The notes beneath the pieces were generated by a model, which had not been told where the DNA came from, ran no database searches, and saw only the letters and a list, made by a program, of their open reading frames with translations. The position numbers were made by a program, and so were the translations under genes. A stretch of DNA of 26,371 bases. Source: a virus (taxonomy: Duplodnaviria > Caudoviricetes). The stretch is from IMG/VR virus record IMGVR_UViG_3300027806_000141, positions 1 through 26,371 of that record. One strand, given 5' to 3'. Shown here in pieces: positions 25,489 to 26,371 of this stretch; position 1 is the stretch's first letter; each line of letters begins with the position of its first letter.

Positions 25489-25790
25489 CACAGCCCCCAG
25501 TCCCCCTTGACCGGAACGCAGAAGACTTCCGCACCGGCAGGCATATCGACATCGGCAATGGGGCGCAGGTCGGCCTTGGCCTTCTTCGGATCGGCAATCA
25601 TGCCCGCGAAGCCGACACTCTCCCACTTGAATACGTGCAGAGCATTGGTCAGCACGATGCGGCTATTCTCGCGGGTCACATCGCCTGCGAAAATCCAGCC
25701 GCGATCCACAACGACCACTGCGCGGTTGCCAGCGGGCTTGCTGTTGGCAGGAACGTAGTCAACTCCGTTGATGGTAATCTTGTCAGTCAT
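25488..25790 (-). CDS. Small beta-rich phage protein (100 aa), DUF6948-like by recollection
   Basis: MTDKITINGVDYVPA...AVVVVDRGWIFAGDV...VLTNALHVFKW...; AAAGGAG RBS; family name not verified. Confidence 0.7.
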   Translation of the reverse strand: MTDKITINGVDYVPANSKPAGNRAVVVVDRGWIFAGDVTRENSRIVLTNALHVFKWESVGFAGMIADPKKAKADLRPIADVDMPAGAEVFCVPVKGDWGL

Positions 25791-25806
25791 GGCACTTGCT
25801 CCTTTG

Positions 25807-25837
25807 GTTTGCTCGTCAGTCATAGTCCCCAGTCCTC
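25807..25837. repeat. 31-bp perfect direct repeat, copy 2
   Basis: Identical to 25150-25180; on the minus strand spans EDWGL* of the upstream gene and the start MTDEQT. Confidence 0.97.
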
Positions 25838-25939
25838 TTCTGTCAGTTCGATGTCCTCGATGTTGGGTGTCGTGAAGGCAATCCACGCGGCGATGCCCAG
25901 AATGCTCAGGATGAACAGCAGTGGTAAGTTGTCACGCAT
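25820..25939 (-). CDS. Small membrane protein (39 aa)
   Basis: MRDNLPLLFILSILGIAAWIAFTTPNIEDIELTEEDWGL*; single TM then acidic tail; AAGGAG RBS. Confidence 0.65.
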   Translation of the reverse strand: MRDNLPLLFILSILGIAAWIAFTTPNIEDIELTEEDWGL

Positions 25940-26069
25940 CGACCTTCTCCTTCATCTGCTCTGCCCGGTCCTGGGCGACCTGCCACGCAGGCTTGCCGTT
26001 AATCGTGGCACCGCGATTCCATGACGGGCGCGGAGCGTACCAACGCTTGCTATGACGCTCAAAGGCCAT
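25932..26069 (-). CDS. Hypothetical basic protein (45 aa)
   Basis: MAFERHSKRWYAPRPSW...; GGAGG RBS; overlaps both neighbours. Confidence 0.6.
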   Translation of the reverse strand: MAFERHSKRWYAPRPSWNRGATINGKPAWQVAQDRAEQMKEKVDA

Positions 26070-26334
26070 TGACTGCCTCCTCATAAACTGCGGCGTAGCT
26101 GGGATCGCGCTCAAGCATATACTCAGCGCGACTGCATCCGTAAGCAATCGTTTTGTGATCGCGCCCACCCATTGCAGCGCCAATGTGCATATACTTCATG
26201 CGGCATACGCGATGGGCGATGTGGTATGCAGCAAACCGCGCTGGCAGGATGAACTCCCGCCGATCATGCGAGACAAGCATGTCGCGGCTGATGTCAAACG
26301 CATCAGAAACAGAACTCAGAACCTTCTCAATCAC
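26059..26334 (-). CDS. Stand-alone DnaA C-terminal (domain IV)-like helix-turn-helix protein
   Basis: V...F.IS...L.S..R......AR..A.......IG..MGGRDHKTI.YG pattern matches DnaA domain IV (GGRDHTTV); AAGGAGG RBS. Confidence 0.8.
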   Translation of the reverse strand: MIEKVLSSVSDAFDISRDMLVSHDRREFILPARFAAYHIAHRVCRMKYMHIGAAMGGRDHKTIAYGCSRAEYMLERDPSYAAVYEEAVNGL

Positions 26335-26371
26335 TAGAGCCTCCTTGTTAATGAGGGGGAGGTTATTCCCG

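Larger units (their letters stand above)
1..26371. mobile_element. Tailed dsDNA bacteriophage genome segment (P22-like virion module with family A polymerase replication module)
   Basis: Ordered head, tail, ejection, lysis, replication and small-gene modules; no host housekeeping genes; no integrase or att site visible in the window. Confidence 0.97.

Noticed and set aside
25108-25758. Plus-strand poly(Val-Ala) ORF and minus-strand Arg-Leu and Ala-Thr repeat ORFs
   Set aside because: Shadow frames of the hexamer array; they lack coupled starts and conflict with the minus-strand gene chain
24900-25790. Stop-codon readthrough fusing the 100-aa gene, an Ala-Thr repeat and the MTDEQT gene
   Set aside because: Only one TGA interrupts this frame, but that follows from the repeat composition; the TGATG overlap is better explained as translational coupling
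26340-26362. CCTCC/GGAGG pairing that could mask the RBS of the DnaA-like gene
   Set aside because: Only 5 bp with a long loop and at the window edge; insufficient support

Overview
The window is a contiguous segment of a GC-rich tailed dsDNA phage genome with P22-like (podovirus-type) virion genes and no recognisable host genes. The lipoprotein spanin indicates a Gram-negative host; an alphaproteobacterial host is a guess. From left to right it holds: a 5'-truncated lectin-like fibre/spike gene and its partner; scaffold; P22 gp5-type major capsid; a decoration-like protein; gp4- and gp10-like tail proteins; needle/fibre genes; a GNAT-like gp14 analogue; three ejection-protein genes; and a lysis cassette (M15 peptidase endolysin, holin, overlapping spanins). 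A divergently transcribed replication module follows: DUF3310, SNF2-like helicase and VRR-NUC leftward; Cas4-like DUF2800, SSB-like protein, family A DNA polymerase and primase-helicase rightward. The window ends in a minus-strand array of translationally coupled microgenes. The most unusual element is a 657-bp two-gene cassette in that array: a small beta-rich protein plus a (Gly-Tyr/Asp/Asn)42 protein encoded by a GGC-NAC hexamer array, bracketed by perfect 31-bp direct repeats that duplicate a gene junction. Two candidate structured mRNA leaders, before the scaffold and DNA polymerase genes, also merit follow-up. All family assignments come from motif recognition and synteny, not from database searches.
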